From: Alishewanella sp. d11
GTDB lineage: Bacteria; Pseudomonadota; Gammaproteobacteria; Enterobacterales; Alteromonadaceae
DNA: 24,000 nt
Assembly (NCBI RefSeq): GCF_049390205.1
Contig: NZ_CP186547.1
Location: 3,442,757-3,466,756 of the forward strand
Reading direction: 5' to 3'
The translations under genes and the position numbers were made by a program. Positions within the stretch are counted from its first letter, which is position 1. Every line of letters begins with the position of its first letter. The notes below the pieces were generated by a model. That model was given only the letters and a program-made list of their open reading frames with translations. It was not told the DNA's origin and searched no databases. Shown here piece after piece: positions 1-9,991 of this stretch.

Positions 1-1186
1 CCGCAGAAATATGAAAACGTTTACGATCTGCTTCAAGATCTTCACCAATTACGGTACCAGGTGCAATTCTGACATCCTTATCAATGATGGCTTTACGAAT
101 ACGACAACCACGACCTATATCATTGTTGCCCATTAGAACACATTTTTCGATATAACTATGACTATGCACATGCACGTTATAACCAAGGATCGATTGGTAA
201 ACAATAGCACCACTGACAATACAGCCGGCGGCCACCATGGAACTAATTGCTTGGCCAGTACGGTTAGTTTGATCATGCACAAACTTGGCCGGTGGCATTG
301 GCGGGTTATAACTGCGTAGCGGCCAATAACGGTTGTACACATCAAAAGGCGGATTTATCGAAATTAAATCCATATTGGCTTCATAGTAAGAATCGATAGT
401 ACCGACATCACGCCAGTAACCTGCACTACTCTCTGACTCACCACGGATTTTGTTAGTTGAAAAATCATAAACATAGACCTCACCTTCTGGAAATAAAGCG
501 GGGATAATATTATGACCAAAATCGTGCTTAGAATCGGTTTGTTTGGCATCTTCATTTAACACTTCTACCAAACATTTGGCTTCGAAAATGTAATTTCCCA
601 TTGAAGCTAAAACCAGATGGGGCTGACCAGGAATGGTTTTCGGATCCTGTTTTGGCTTTTCTTGAAAGCCAATCATCCGCCCTTCTTCGTCAACCTCAAT
701 CACGCCAAATTCATGCGCTTGTTCAACTGGAACAGGAATCGCCGCCACCGTTAATTTCGCATTTTTATTGCGGTGATAATCCAGCATATGCCGCACATCC
801 ATTTTGTAGATGTGATCACCGCCAAACACGCACACATGCTCAGGATCTAAGCCTTCAATTAAATGCAGATTTTGGTAGATGGCATCGGCTGTACCTAAAT
901 ACCAATGTTTACCTGTTTGCATTTGCGCTGGAATAGGATCAATAAAGCGATTAGTTACACCACCAACCCGCCACGCTCGGCTTAAATGCTTCATTAAAGA
1001 ATGAGATTTAAATTGCGTAATGACAAAAATCTGCAATAAATCAGAGTTCACAAAATTATTCAGAACAAAGTCAATGATTCGATAATTACCACCAAAAGGT
1101 ACTGCCGGTTTCGCTCGTAACGAGGTTAAAGGTGATAAACGTGTGCCTTCTCCACCCGCTAAAATCATTGTTAACACACCAGACAT
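1..1186 (-). CDS. glgC: glucose-1-phosphate adenylyltransferase (ADP-glucose pyrophosphorylase), N-terminal ~395 codons; C-terminus lies beyond the left window edge
   Basis: Absent from the ORF track because there is no stop codon in the window. My minus-strand translation from the ATG at 1186 reads MSGVLTMILAGGEGTRLSPLTSLRAKPAVPFGGNYRIIDF... It stays open to base 2 (...GEDLEADRKRFHISA). The frame also checks mid-gene (KPKQDPKTIPGQPHLVLASM). The GGxGxRL and PAVPFGG motifs are typical of GlgC. Confidence 0.9.
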   Translation of the reverse strand, partial: MSGVLTMILAGGEGTRLSPLTSLRAKPAVPFGGNYRIIDFVLNNFVNSDLLQIFVITQFKSHSLMKHLSRAWRVGGVTNRFIDPIPAQMQTGKHWYLGTADAIYQNLHLIEGLDPEHVCVFGGDHIYKMDVRHMLDYHRNKNAKLTVAAIPVPVEQAHEFGVIEVDEEGRMIGFQEKPKQDPKTIPGQPHLVLASMGNYIFEAKCLVEVLNEDAKQTDSKHDFGHNIIPALFPEGEVYVYDFSTNKIRGESESSAGYWRDVGTIDSYYEANMDLISINPPFDVYNRYWPLRSYNPPMPPAKFVHDQTNRTGQAISSMVAAGCIVSGAIVYQSILGYNVHVHSHSYIEKCVLMGNNDIGRGCRIRKAIIDKDVRIAPGTVIGEDLEADRKRFHISA

Positions 1187-1248
1187 AGATTCTCCCCAAT
1201 TGTTTTAGTCCGCTTAAGCGGTTTTACTTAAAAATAAATGCAAAACCA

Positions 1249-1334
1249 ATACCATAAAAATCCCTGACTGATGGTGACAATAAAAGGGAGGTGATTACCA
1301 TTAACCATACCATCACACTTTATAAGATTACCAT
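1249..1334. repeat. cluster of ACCAT-core direct repeats in the glgC upstream region
   Basis: AT(T)ACCAT occurs at 1249-1255, 1294-1301, 1307-1313 and 1327-1334. TAACCAT occurs at 1302-1308, and an inverted ATGGT at 1271-1275. All lie within ~90 nt, 60-150 nt upstream of the glgC ATG. Confidence 0.5.
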
Positions 1335-1370
1335 AGCATCAAATATTGCTTTAAAATAGCGCAGAAGATG

Positions 1371-1412
1371 CACAAAAACAAAAACGGCTGCGCTTTAACA
1401 GGGCAGCCGTTT
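1371..1412 (-). terminator. rho-independent terminator downstream of fadH (bidirectional shape)
   Basis: A 10-bp stem AAACGGCTGC (1382-1391) pairs with GCAGCCGTTT (1403-1412) around an 11-nt loop. On the minus strand it is followed by TTGTTTTTGTG, and on the plus strand by ATTTTT. It sits 24 nt past the fadH stop. Confidence 0.75.
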
Positions 1413-1435
1413 ATTTTTAGGAAAAATAATGACAA

Positions 1436-3538
<2,103 letters not shown>

Positions 3539-3640
3539 TTACAAATTCCAATTCGCCTTTGGCATAGAATTCGTTAGCATTAGGCAATTATATTGATCAA
3601 TTTAAAATGTATTACATTAGACAGCTGATAGGGCATTACT

Positions 3641-5521
3641 ATGACAGAAAAAAAGAAAGGAATAATACGGCGCTTTTTTGGCGCGATCTGGGCAGTTTAT
3701 AAAGGCTTTCGCTCAACCGTTTTAAATGTCATTTTTATTTTAATAATGGTGACACTGGTTGCAGCCATTTTTAGCGGCGATAAAGAAGTTAACCTTGCCG
3801 ATACCTCTGCCCTTTATCTGAATTTACGTGGCGATTTAGTAGAAGAAGAACGCTTTGTCGATCCGATTGAAGCGGCATTAAATGAGAGTTTTGCAGGTCA
3901 AGAAGACCAACCTGAAATCCTGGTATCTGACGTGGTTAAAGTTATTAACCATGCAGCGAAAGATAACCGTATCCAAGCGATGGTATTGGATCTGTCCAAT
4001 TTAGGCGGAGCATCATTAGATAAGTTACAAACTGTTGGTAAAGCCATTGAGAACTTTAAAGCCAGCGGTAAAAAAGTGGTCGCGTACGGTGCTTACTTTG
4101 CACAAAACCAATATTTCCTAGCTAGCTATGCCGATGAAATCAGCTTAGAACCGATGGGCGCGGTAATTTTAGAAGGCTACGGCAGCTACCCGATGTTTTA
4201 TAAAAATGCCCTAGAAAAGCTGAAAATTAACACTCATGTTTTCCGCGTTGGCACCTATAAATCTGCAGTAGAGCCCTTTACCCGCAATGATATGTCTGCC
4301 GAAGCGAAAGAAGCCAACAGTGCTTGGTTAAACGAGCTATGGTTGGATTATAAAACGCAAGTCGCAGCTCGCCGTGACTTCCCTATCGAGAATTTTGACG
4401 AAACCTTTAATGCGCTCTATGAAAAGGTGAAAGCCGCTAACGGTGACTTAAGTCAGTATGCGTTAAACAGCAAATTAATTGATAGCATTAAAACGCGTGA
4501 AGAGTTCCGTCGTAATATGATCGCTATCGTTGGTAAAAACGATAAAAACACTTACAACCATGTCACTTTCAATGATTATGCAAGCTTAGTGTTACCGGCT
4601 CAGCAATTCGATAACCCCTTAACAGAAAAAGTGGCAGTAGTGGTTGCTCGCGGTATGATTATCGATGGCTCAGCTAAAGCCGGTACTATTGGTGGTGACT
4701 CTACGGCAGCATTATTACGCCGTGCACGTCATGACGATCAGGTTAAAGCGGTCGTTTTACGAATTGATAGTGGCGGCGGCAGTGCTTTTGCCTCTGAAGT
4801 TATCGCACAAGAAATTACGTTGTTACGTGAAGCAGGCAAACCTGTTATCGCTTCGATGGGTGCCGTTGCAGCATCGGGCGGCTATTGGATTGCCGCGCCA
4901 GCCAATGAAATCTGGGCTGCGCCGACCACCATCACTGGCTCTATCGGTATCTTTGGTTTAATGCATACCTTTGAAAATGTAATGGACACCGTAGGTTTGA
5001 ATGTGGATGGTGTGGGCACCACTGAACTGGCTGGTTTATCTGCTGGGCTTCCACTTTTCAAAGGCTTAGATGCGCCGGTCAAAGACTTGATGCAATTGTT
5101 AATTGAACGTGGCTACACCGAGTTTTTAACCATGGTAGGTAAACATCGCAATATGAGTATTGAAGCGGTTGATAAAGTGGCGCAAGGTCGTGTTTGGACT
5201 GGCTCAACTGCCTTAGAGCTAGGTTTAGTTGACAAGCTAGGTACCTTTGATGATGCCATCGCGCGTGCTGCAGAAATCGCCGGCTTAAATAACTATGATG
5301 TTACTATCATCAAACAGGAATTAAGCCCTACCGAACAAATGATTGCCGATATCTTTGGTAATGCGAAAGCCAATGGCTGGTTACCTGGACTTGCTGAGCA
5401 ACCACAGAACCGCGCTTTACGTCAGCTGACGCAACAGGTTAAGCAAGATTTTATCAGAATGAACCAGTTTAATGATCCTAATGGTATTTATTCCTACTGT
5501 TTGGCATGTCAGATTAACTGA
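3641..5521 (+). CDS. sppA: signal peptide peptidase SppA, 67K type (protease IV)
   Basis: 626 aa with an N-terminal TM segment and two ClpP/crotonase-like halves (DSGGGSAFASE..., ASGGYWIA). Size and the sppA-ansA adjacency match E. coli. Confidence 0.9.
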   Translation: MTEKKKGIIRRFFGAIWAVYKGFRSTVLNVIFILIMVTLVAAIFSGDKEVNLADTSALYLNLRGDLVEEERFVDPIEAALNESFAGQEDQPEILVSDVVKVINHAAKDNRIQAMVLDLSNLGGASLDKLQTVGKAIENFKASGKKVVAYGAYFAQNQYFLASYADEISLEPMGAVILEGYGSYPMFYKNALEKLKINTHVFRVGTYKSAVEPFTRNDMSAEAKEANSAWLNELWLDYKTQVAARRDFPIENFDETFNALYEKVKAANGDLSQYALNSKLIDSIKTREEFRRNMIAIVGKNDKNTYNHVTFNDYASLVLPAQQFDNPLTEKVAVVVARGMIIDGSAKAGTIGGDSTAALLRRARHDDQVKAVVLRIDSGGGSAFASEVIAQEITLLREAGKPVIASMGAVAASGGYWIAAPANEIWAAPTTITGSIGIFGLMHTFENVMDTVGLNVDGVGTTELAGLSAGLPLFKGLDAPVKDLMQLLIERGYTEFLTMVGKHRNMSIEAVDKVAQGRVWTGSTALELGLVDKLGTFDDAIARAAEIAGLNNYDVTIIKQELSPTEQMIADIFGNAKANGWLPGLAEQPQNRALRQLTQQVKQDFIRMNQFNDPNGIYSYCLACQIN

Positions 5522-5543
5522 CAGCTAAGATAAATCTGATTAC
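5518..5543. repeat. copy S of a short intergenic repeat family (ACAGCTA + AGATAAAT + GATTAC)
   Basis: CTGACAGCTAAGATAAATCTGATTAC overlaps the sppA stop codon. It shares the 12-mer AGCTAAGATAAA with the minus strand of 13842-13857. It shares AGATAAAT..GATTA.C with 18433-18447. Confidence 0.45.
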
Positions 5544-5544
5544 A

Positions 5545-5572
5545 ATGCCCGGAATTAACCGGGCATTTTTTT
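5545..5572 (+). terminator. rho-independent terminator of sppA
   Basis: ATGCCCGG / CCGGGCAT forms an 8-bp stem with a 6-nt loop (AATTAA), followed by a T7 run. Confidence 0.85.
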
Positions 5573-5630
5573 AGGTCCTAAAAATTACACCCGTATTGCT
5601 CCACCTAGCGTTAATCGATAAGGCTACGCC

Positions 5631-6644
5631 ATGCAAAGAAAACGAATTTATGTCGCTTACACTGGCGGCACCATTGGTATGCAACAATCAACTCGTGGTT
5701 TTATTCCGGTACCGGGCTTTTTAACAGACACCGTTAAACGCATGCCAGAATTTTATCGCCCAGAAATGCCCCTGTTTGATATTCACGAGTATCACCCAGT
5801 GATTGACTCCTCAGATATGACGCCAGCTCATTGGCTCAGTATTGCTAAAGATATTCAAGCGAATTATCAGCAATACGATGGTTTTGTGGTATTACATGGC
5901 ACAGATACCATGGCCTACACCGCGTCGGCCTTGTCTTTTATGCTCGAGAATTTACAAAAGCCAGTGATTATCACGGGTTCGCAAATTCCGCTGGCGCAAT
6001 TGCGATCAGATGGCCAAGTTAATCTGTTAAATGCGCTGTACCTTGCCGCCAACTACCCGATTGCTGAAGTGGCGTTGTTTTTTAATAATCAGTTATTTCG
6101 CGGGAATAGAGCCACTAAAGCGGATGCTGATGGCTTTAATGCCTTTGCTTCACCTAACCTAGCGCCTTTACTGGAAGCTGGCATCCATATTAAGTTACTG
6201 GCCGGAAAATTGAGCCATAACGACACGGCACTGCCCTTGCAGGTTGCTGAAATCACACCGCAACCCATTAGCGTGGTGACCTTATATCCAGGTATCACCA
6301 CTGACGTTATCAAAAATATGTTAGCGGCACCTGTCAGAGCCTTAATCATCAAATCTTTTGGTGTCGGTAACGCACCGCAAAGACCTGATTTGCTGGCAGT
6401 ATTAAAGGCCGCAACTGAGCATGGGCAAATTTTAGTAAACTGTACCCAATGCTTTAAGGGCAAAGTGAATATGGACGGCTACGCAACGGGTAATGCCTTA
6501 CAGGCGAGCGGCGTGATCAGTGGTTTCGATATGACGCTTGAAGCAACCCTGACAAAGTTACATTATTTATTAAGCAAACCGTTAACGGCAGAACAGATTC
6601 GCCAGCAGATGCAACAGAATCTGCGTGGCGAATTAACTCTTTAA
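5631..6644 (+). CDS. ansA: cytoplasmic L-asparaginase I
   Basis: 337 aa. The sequence is near-colinear with E. coli AnsA from memory (IYVAYTGGTIGM, HGTDTMAYTASALSFMLENL.KPVI.TGSQIPL, LTKLHYLLS, NLRGELT). Confidence 0.93.
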   Translation: MQRKRIYVAYTGGTIGMQQSTRGFIPVPGFLTDTVKRMPEFYRPEMPLFDIHEYHPVIDSSDMTPAHWLSIAKDIQANYQQYDGFVVLHGTDTMAYTASALSFMLENLQKPVIITGSQIPLAQLRSDGQVNLLNALYLAANYPIAEVALFFNNQLFRGNRATKADADGFNAFASPNLAPLLEAGIHIKLLAGKLSHNDTALPLQVAEITPQPISVVTLYPGITTDVIKNMLAAPVRALIIKSFGVGNAPQRPDLLAVLKAATEHGQILVNCTQCFKGKVNMDGYATGNALQASGVISGFDMTLEATLTKLHYLLSKPLTAEQIRQQMQQNLRGELTL

Positions 6645-6656
6645 AGCATGCTGCCC

Positions 6657-9383
6657 TTACGCATCAAACAAAGCCGCAACCCGTTTTAACAAGGGTTGCT
6701 CTTGCTCTGCAACAGCACCATGCGCTAACCATTGTTGTAACAGCTGTTCAGTGGTCAGTTGCTGCCCTGCATTATGTTTTAATGATAATAACGCTAACTG
6801 CACCTGCTGTTTTTCCGCAGGCGTATGCTGGCCACTGTCTTTTCCACTGATTAACTCCAGCGCGATGGTTAACTCTGGACGGCTTAGCGCAGGCGCAGAA
6901 ATCGCTAAGGCCTCGCGATAAGCCGCTGGCCATTGTTCAACCTTTAACTCACCCGATGCTAAAGCACTAAATAATGCCTGCAAATCTGCTTTTTGTTGTT
7001 GCTGCTGCAGCATTTGTAAGCGTTGTGCTGCTTGGTCAGCCAACTGCTGGATCTGTTGACGTGTCGGCGCAAGCGCTGTTTGCTGCAAGTCGCGTAAGCT
7101 TGCTTGTAAGCCAGTGATCGCAGCAACAGTGTCAGCCTGCTTGATTTGTAACGCCAGATCGCTAAGTTGGCTATTGACCGCCTGCATTGCTTGTTGCTCA
7201 GCCTGCTGTTGCTGCTGATATTCAGCATTACGTTTCGCAAAAAAAGTATCACATAAGGCTCTAAACTCTAGCCAAAGTTGTTGATCTTGCTTACGTCCAG
7301 CAAAGCTTAAAGCCTTCCAGCGCAGTTGTAGCTCTTTTAGTATCGACGCTGTCTGCACCGCATCCGTCAGCGCTAACGCAGCTTTTGCCTCAGCGACAAT
7401 GGCCAGTTTAGCGGCTTCCTGCAACTGCTGTTCAGCCGTAATTTTGGCGCGGATTGCAGCTGAAAGCTGCTGATATTGCTCTTGTAAAAGCTGATAATCA
7501 CGCCGATTTACCGCACCGGCTTCGCGCCAACGTTTCGCTAACTGCCGAAAACTTTGCTCTAAGGTTTTGCTTTCAATTGCAGCATCTAATAGCGCAGTTA
7601 ACTCGACTAATAACTGTTGACGCTCCTGTAAATGCGTCGCTCGCTCCGCATCAAGCTTGGCAAATATTTGTCGGCAAGGTTCAAAAGCCGCTTCACAAGC
7701 CGTATCAAAAGCCTGATTCAGCGTAAGCTCTAATTCTGGCTCTGCTCTACCCAAGGTATTCCAATTTGCTCTTGCCAGTTTGACTTGCTCTGCACGCGCT
7801 TTTGCATCTGTCACCTCGGTTGCCGCCAGTTGTTGCACTTCAGCTAACAAAGCCTGTTTACGAGGCGTTGCCAGATAGTATTGCAAGGCTTCGAGCTCAG
7901 CATGTAACACGCTGATTTCAGCTAGGTCATTTGCAAGCTGGGCTTGGGCAAGGCTAGGCAAGGCTTGGTAATCATCTTGAATGCCTTTATAAAGTCCAAA
8001 CAGCACCTTATAACGACCAGCAGTATGTAAGCGCTTAAATTCTGAGCACTTGCTGCGGAATTGCTTTACACCTTTTTGTTGCTGTTGCTTAAAGACATCC
8101 AGCGCGGTTAGCCGCTGTTGTTTAAGCTGCTGATATTGTGTCTCAAGTTCAGTCGGAACCGCAATCAACAGCTGTTTACTTTGCGCTTTCCAAGCCTGAA
8201 TAAACTGCTGTAACTGCTGCTCTGCGTTAAACAGTTGTTCGGCCGTTTCTAATGCATTTTCTGCATGTTGCTCGCTAAATGCTTGCAGCAATGCCTTTAA
8301 CGCCACTAAACCAAGCGCAATCTCAGGTAACTTTTCGCACTGTTGTTGCAATTTAATCAGTGCGCTTTGTAACTGCTTTAATTGCTCGGGATTTAGCTCA
8401 GCTTGAGTAAACTCTGCCGCTAATTCATTAATTGCATTATGTAAAAGTGGATGTTCGGAGCCTCCCGCTTGCATTTGCGCGATCAGCTGCTGCTCCAGCG
8501 CCTGCAGACGTTGTTGGAACTGCGCGAAATGAGTTAACTGCTGTGCTCTTAGCTCTGCAGTTGCCTGCTGCGCAGCTAAATCCGCCAGTTTAGGGGCTAA
8601 CCAAGCCTGTAAACGTTCAGTCAACTGCTGATATTTCAGACTCACACTGTCAGCTTCATCTTTAGGTAAGCAGGCTAAATCGGGTAATAACTGCTGCCAT
8701 TGCTCAGCTAAACTTTGCTGGATAGCGGGTATTTCCTCAAGACTATGACGCTCCCGAACTGCATTGAGTTTTGCCAGCAATAACGTGAGTTCTTTGCGTA
8801 ATTTAACCGGCTTTTGCTTAAGTTCTGCTAAATTCGCCAGCCTAACGGTTAACTCAGCCGCTAAATCTGCACTGAGCAATTTACTGAGCTTTTCCAGCTG
8901 TTTCTCATCCGTGATATTGACCAGCAGCTGGCGCTTGAAACTGTCAGGGAAATTCGAATCGAGTAAGCTTTGTTGGATAAGATCGGCTTTATCCAAGCGC
9001 TGCAACAGATCAAACCGTAATTGTGGATCGGTTTCTTTTAGCGCCAATTGTTCGAGCACACTGCTTCTATTACATTGCGCGACAAACTTTTGTTTTAAGC
9101 TCGTTTCAACTTCGCCCTCTAACAATTGATTGATCAATTGTTGCTCAGCATACTGTTTTAAGCGCTCTGCAGTATCATGCTTACTGGCTTGCCACCATAA
9201 AGCAAAGTCATTTAAGTGCTGTAATGCCGCTTTGCGAACTGCTTCTGCACCATCATTAAAAGCAAGCTCGTGCAAAATTTTTTTATGCTCGCTTTCGGTC
9301 ACTTGCAGTGTTTGAATTGTTTGTAACCGAATAGCGGCGTCTGCGTGCTGCCATTTCGGCTTGAACCAACGTTTAAAGATCAT
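6657..9383 (-). CDS. DUF349 repeat protein, Gln/Ala/Leu-rich predicted coiled coil (908 aa from ATG 9383)
   Basis: Repeated W-x2-(L/A)-G ... F units typical of DUF349 are present, for example RWKALSFAGRKQDQQLWLEFRALCDTFFAKR, RWREAGAVNRRDYQLL and NWNTLGRAEPELELTLNQAFDTACEAAF. The ORF track starts at TTG 9401. ATG 9383 (MIFKRWFKPKWQH) overlaps the yeaC stop (ATGATCTTTAA). Confidence 0.8.
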   Translation of the reverse strand: MIFKRWFKPKWQHADAAIRLQTIQTLQVTESEHKKILHELAFNDGAEAVRKAALQHLNDFALWWQASKHDTAERLKQYAEQQLINQLLEGEVETSLKQKFVAQCNRSSVLEQLALKETDPQLRFDLLQRLDKADLIQQSLLDSNFPDSFKRQLLVNITDEKQLEKLSKLLSADLAAELTVRLANLAELKQKPVKLRKELTLLLAKLNAVRERHSLEEIPAIQQSLAEQWQQLLPDLACLPKDEADSVSLKYQQLTERLQAWLAPKLADLAAQQATAELRAQQLTHFAQFQQRLQALEQQLIAQMQAGGSEHPLLHNAINELAAEFTQAELNPEQLKQLQSALIKLQQQCEKLPEIALGLVALKALLQAFSEQHAENALETAEQLFNAEQQLQQFIQAWKAQSKQLLIAVPTELETQYQQLKQQRLTALDVFKQQQQKGVKQFRSKCSEFKRLHTAGRYKVLFGLYKGIQDDYQALPSLAQAQLANDLAEISVLHAELEALQYYLATPRKQALLAEVQQLAATEVTDAKARAEQVKLARANWNTLGRAEPELELTLNQAFDTACEAAFEPCRQIFAKLDAERATHLQERQQLLVELTALLDAAIESKTLEQSFRQLAKRWREAGAVNRRDYQLLQEQYQQLSAAIRAKITAEQQLQEAAKLAIVAEAKAALALTDAVQTASILKELQLRWKALSFAGRKQDQQLWLEFRALCDTFFAKRNAEYQQQQQAEQQAMQAVNSQLSDLALQIKQADTVAAITGLQASLRDLQQTALAPTRQQIQQLADQAAQRLQMLQQQQQKADLQALFSALASGELKVEQWPAAYREALAISAPALSRPELTIALELISGKDSGQHTPAEKQQVQLALLSLKHNAGQQLTTEQLLQQWLAHGAVAEQEQPLLKRVAALFDA
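6676..6699 (+). terminator. possible ansA terminator hairpin embedded in the 3' end of the convergent gene
   Basis: GCAACCC (6676-6682) pairs with GGGTTGC (6693-6699) around a 10-nt loop, followed by TCTTGCTCT. It lies 32 nt past the ansA stop. The T-tract is weak. Confidence 0.3.
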
Positions 9384-9654
9384 CGTGCGTAAACCTTGCA
9401 ATAGCGGCAGGATCTGAAAATTGTTTTTTCAGCTCAGCCTTTGATTTGTGTACTATCTGTCCATCTGGACCCACAGTGAAAATATCTTCAGATTTTAGAA
9501 TCTTAGACTGATAAGCCATGACTAACTGTAAGGTTTGTGCTTTCTGTTCATCAGTCAGCGCAGTCCCATCAGCCCAGCGGCCAGTCGCCACGGCATCAGC
9601 CAGTTTTTCGTAAGTTTCAGGCGCCATAGCGCTAACCAGTGAAGTAAAGTCCAT
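9373..9654 (-). CDS. yeaC: YeaC/DUF1315 family protein
   Basis: 93 aa. It resembles E. coli YeaC from memory (MTPEVYQRL..AVELGKWPDG.ALTEEQKE.CLQLVM.WQ against MAPETYEKLADAVATGRWADGTALTDEQKAQTLQLVMAYQ). Confidence 0.75.
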   Translation of the reverse strand: MDFTSLVSAMAPETYEKLADAVATGRWADGTALTDEQKAQTLQLVMAYQSKILKSEDIFTVGPDGQIVHKSKAELKKQFSDPAAIARFTHDDL

Positions 9655-9655
9655 A

Positions 9656-9982
9656 CTATTTTTTTCGCTTTAACCAAATTATCCGGGCCCGACACACCAC
9701 GTACCAACAAAAACCTAACGCAATGGCCGCAGTAGAAACATACTCGTTGTAGCTACCGTTTTCAGGTTGCCACCAATACAAAATGCCAAAACCCGCTAAA
9801 AATAGCAGCAACGCCAACATCGATTGATTCATCAACGACTGCGACTGACGCAACATTTTATCTCGGTGCTTTGCTGCCAGTTTTTCTGGCGTTGCGGCAG
9901 TTAGATCCGTTTTACATTTTGGACATGCGGTTGCTTTATTAGAGATCCGATGATCACATACTGGGCACGAAATAATGGCCAT
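9656..9982 (-). CDS. zinc-ribbon membrane protein (CxxC-x14-CxxC followed by two predicted TM helices)
   Basis: 108 aa: MAIISCPVCDHRISNKATACPKCKTDL, then hydrophobic stretches MLALLLFLAGFGILYWW and AAIALGFCWYVVC. There is a 9-nt gap after the upstream gene (AGGA 7 nt before the ATG) and a 1-nt gap before yeaC. Confidence 0.6.
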   Translation of the reverse strand: MAIISCPVCDHRISNKATACPKCKTDLTAATPEKLAAKHRDKMLRQSQSLMNQSMLALLLFLAGFGILYWWQPENGSYNEYVSTAAIALGFCWYVVCRARIIWLKRKK

Positions 9983-9991
9983 GCTAAAGTC

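Noticed and set aside
133-936. ORF-track ORFs 133-345(-), 364-555(-) and 601-936(+)
   Set aside because: They lie out of frame or antisense inside glgC. The glgC frame is open across the whole region and carries clear family motifs. The three ORFs have no recognisable motifs or ribosome-binding sites.
4665-5082. ORFs 4665-4961(+) and 4882-5082(-) within sppA
   Set aside because: They are embedded in alternative frames of sppA and show no independent signals.
6959-9315. ORFs 6959-7252(-), 7454-7726(+), 8764-9129(+) and 9130-9315(+)
   Set aside because: They are artefacts of the CAG/CTG-rich DUF349 gene, which depletes stop codons in other frames. Their products are Ser/Cys/Leu-rich and not protein-like.
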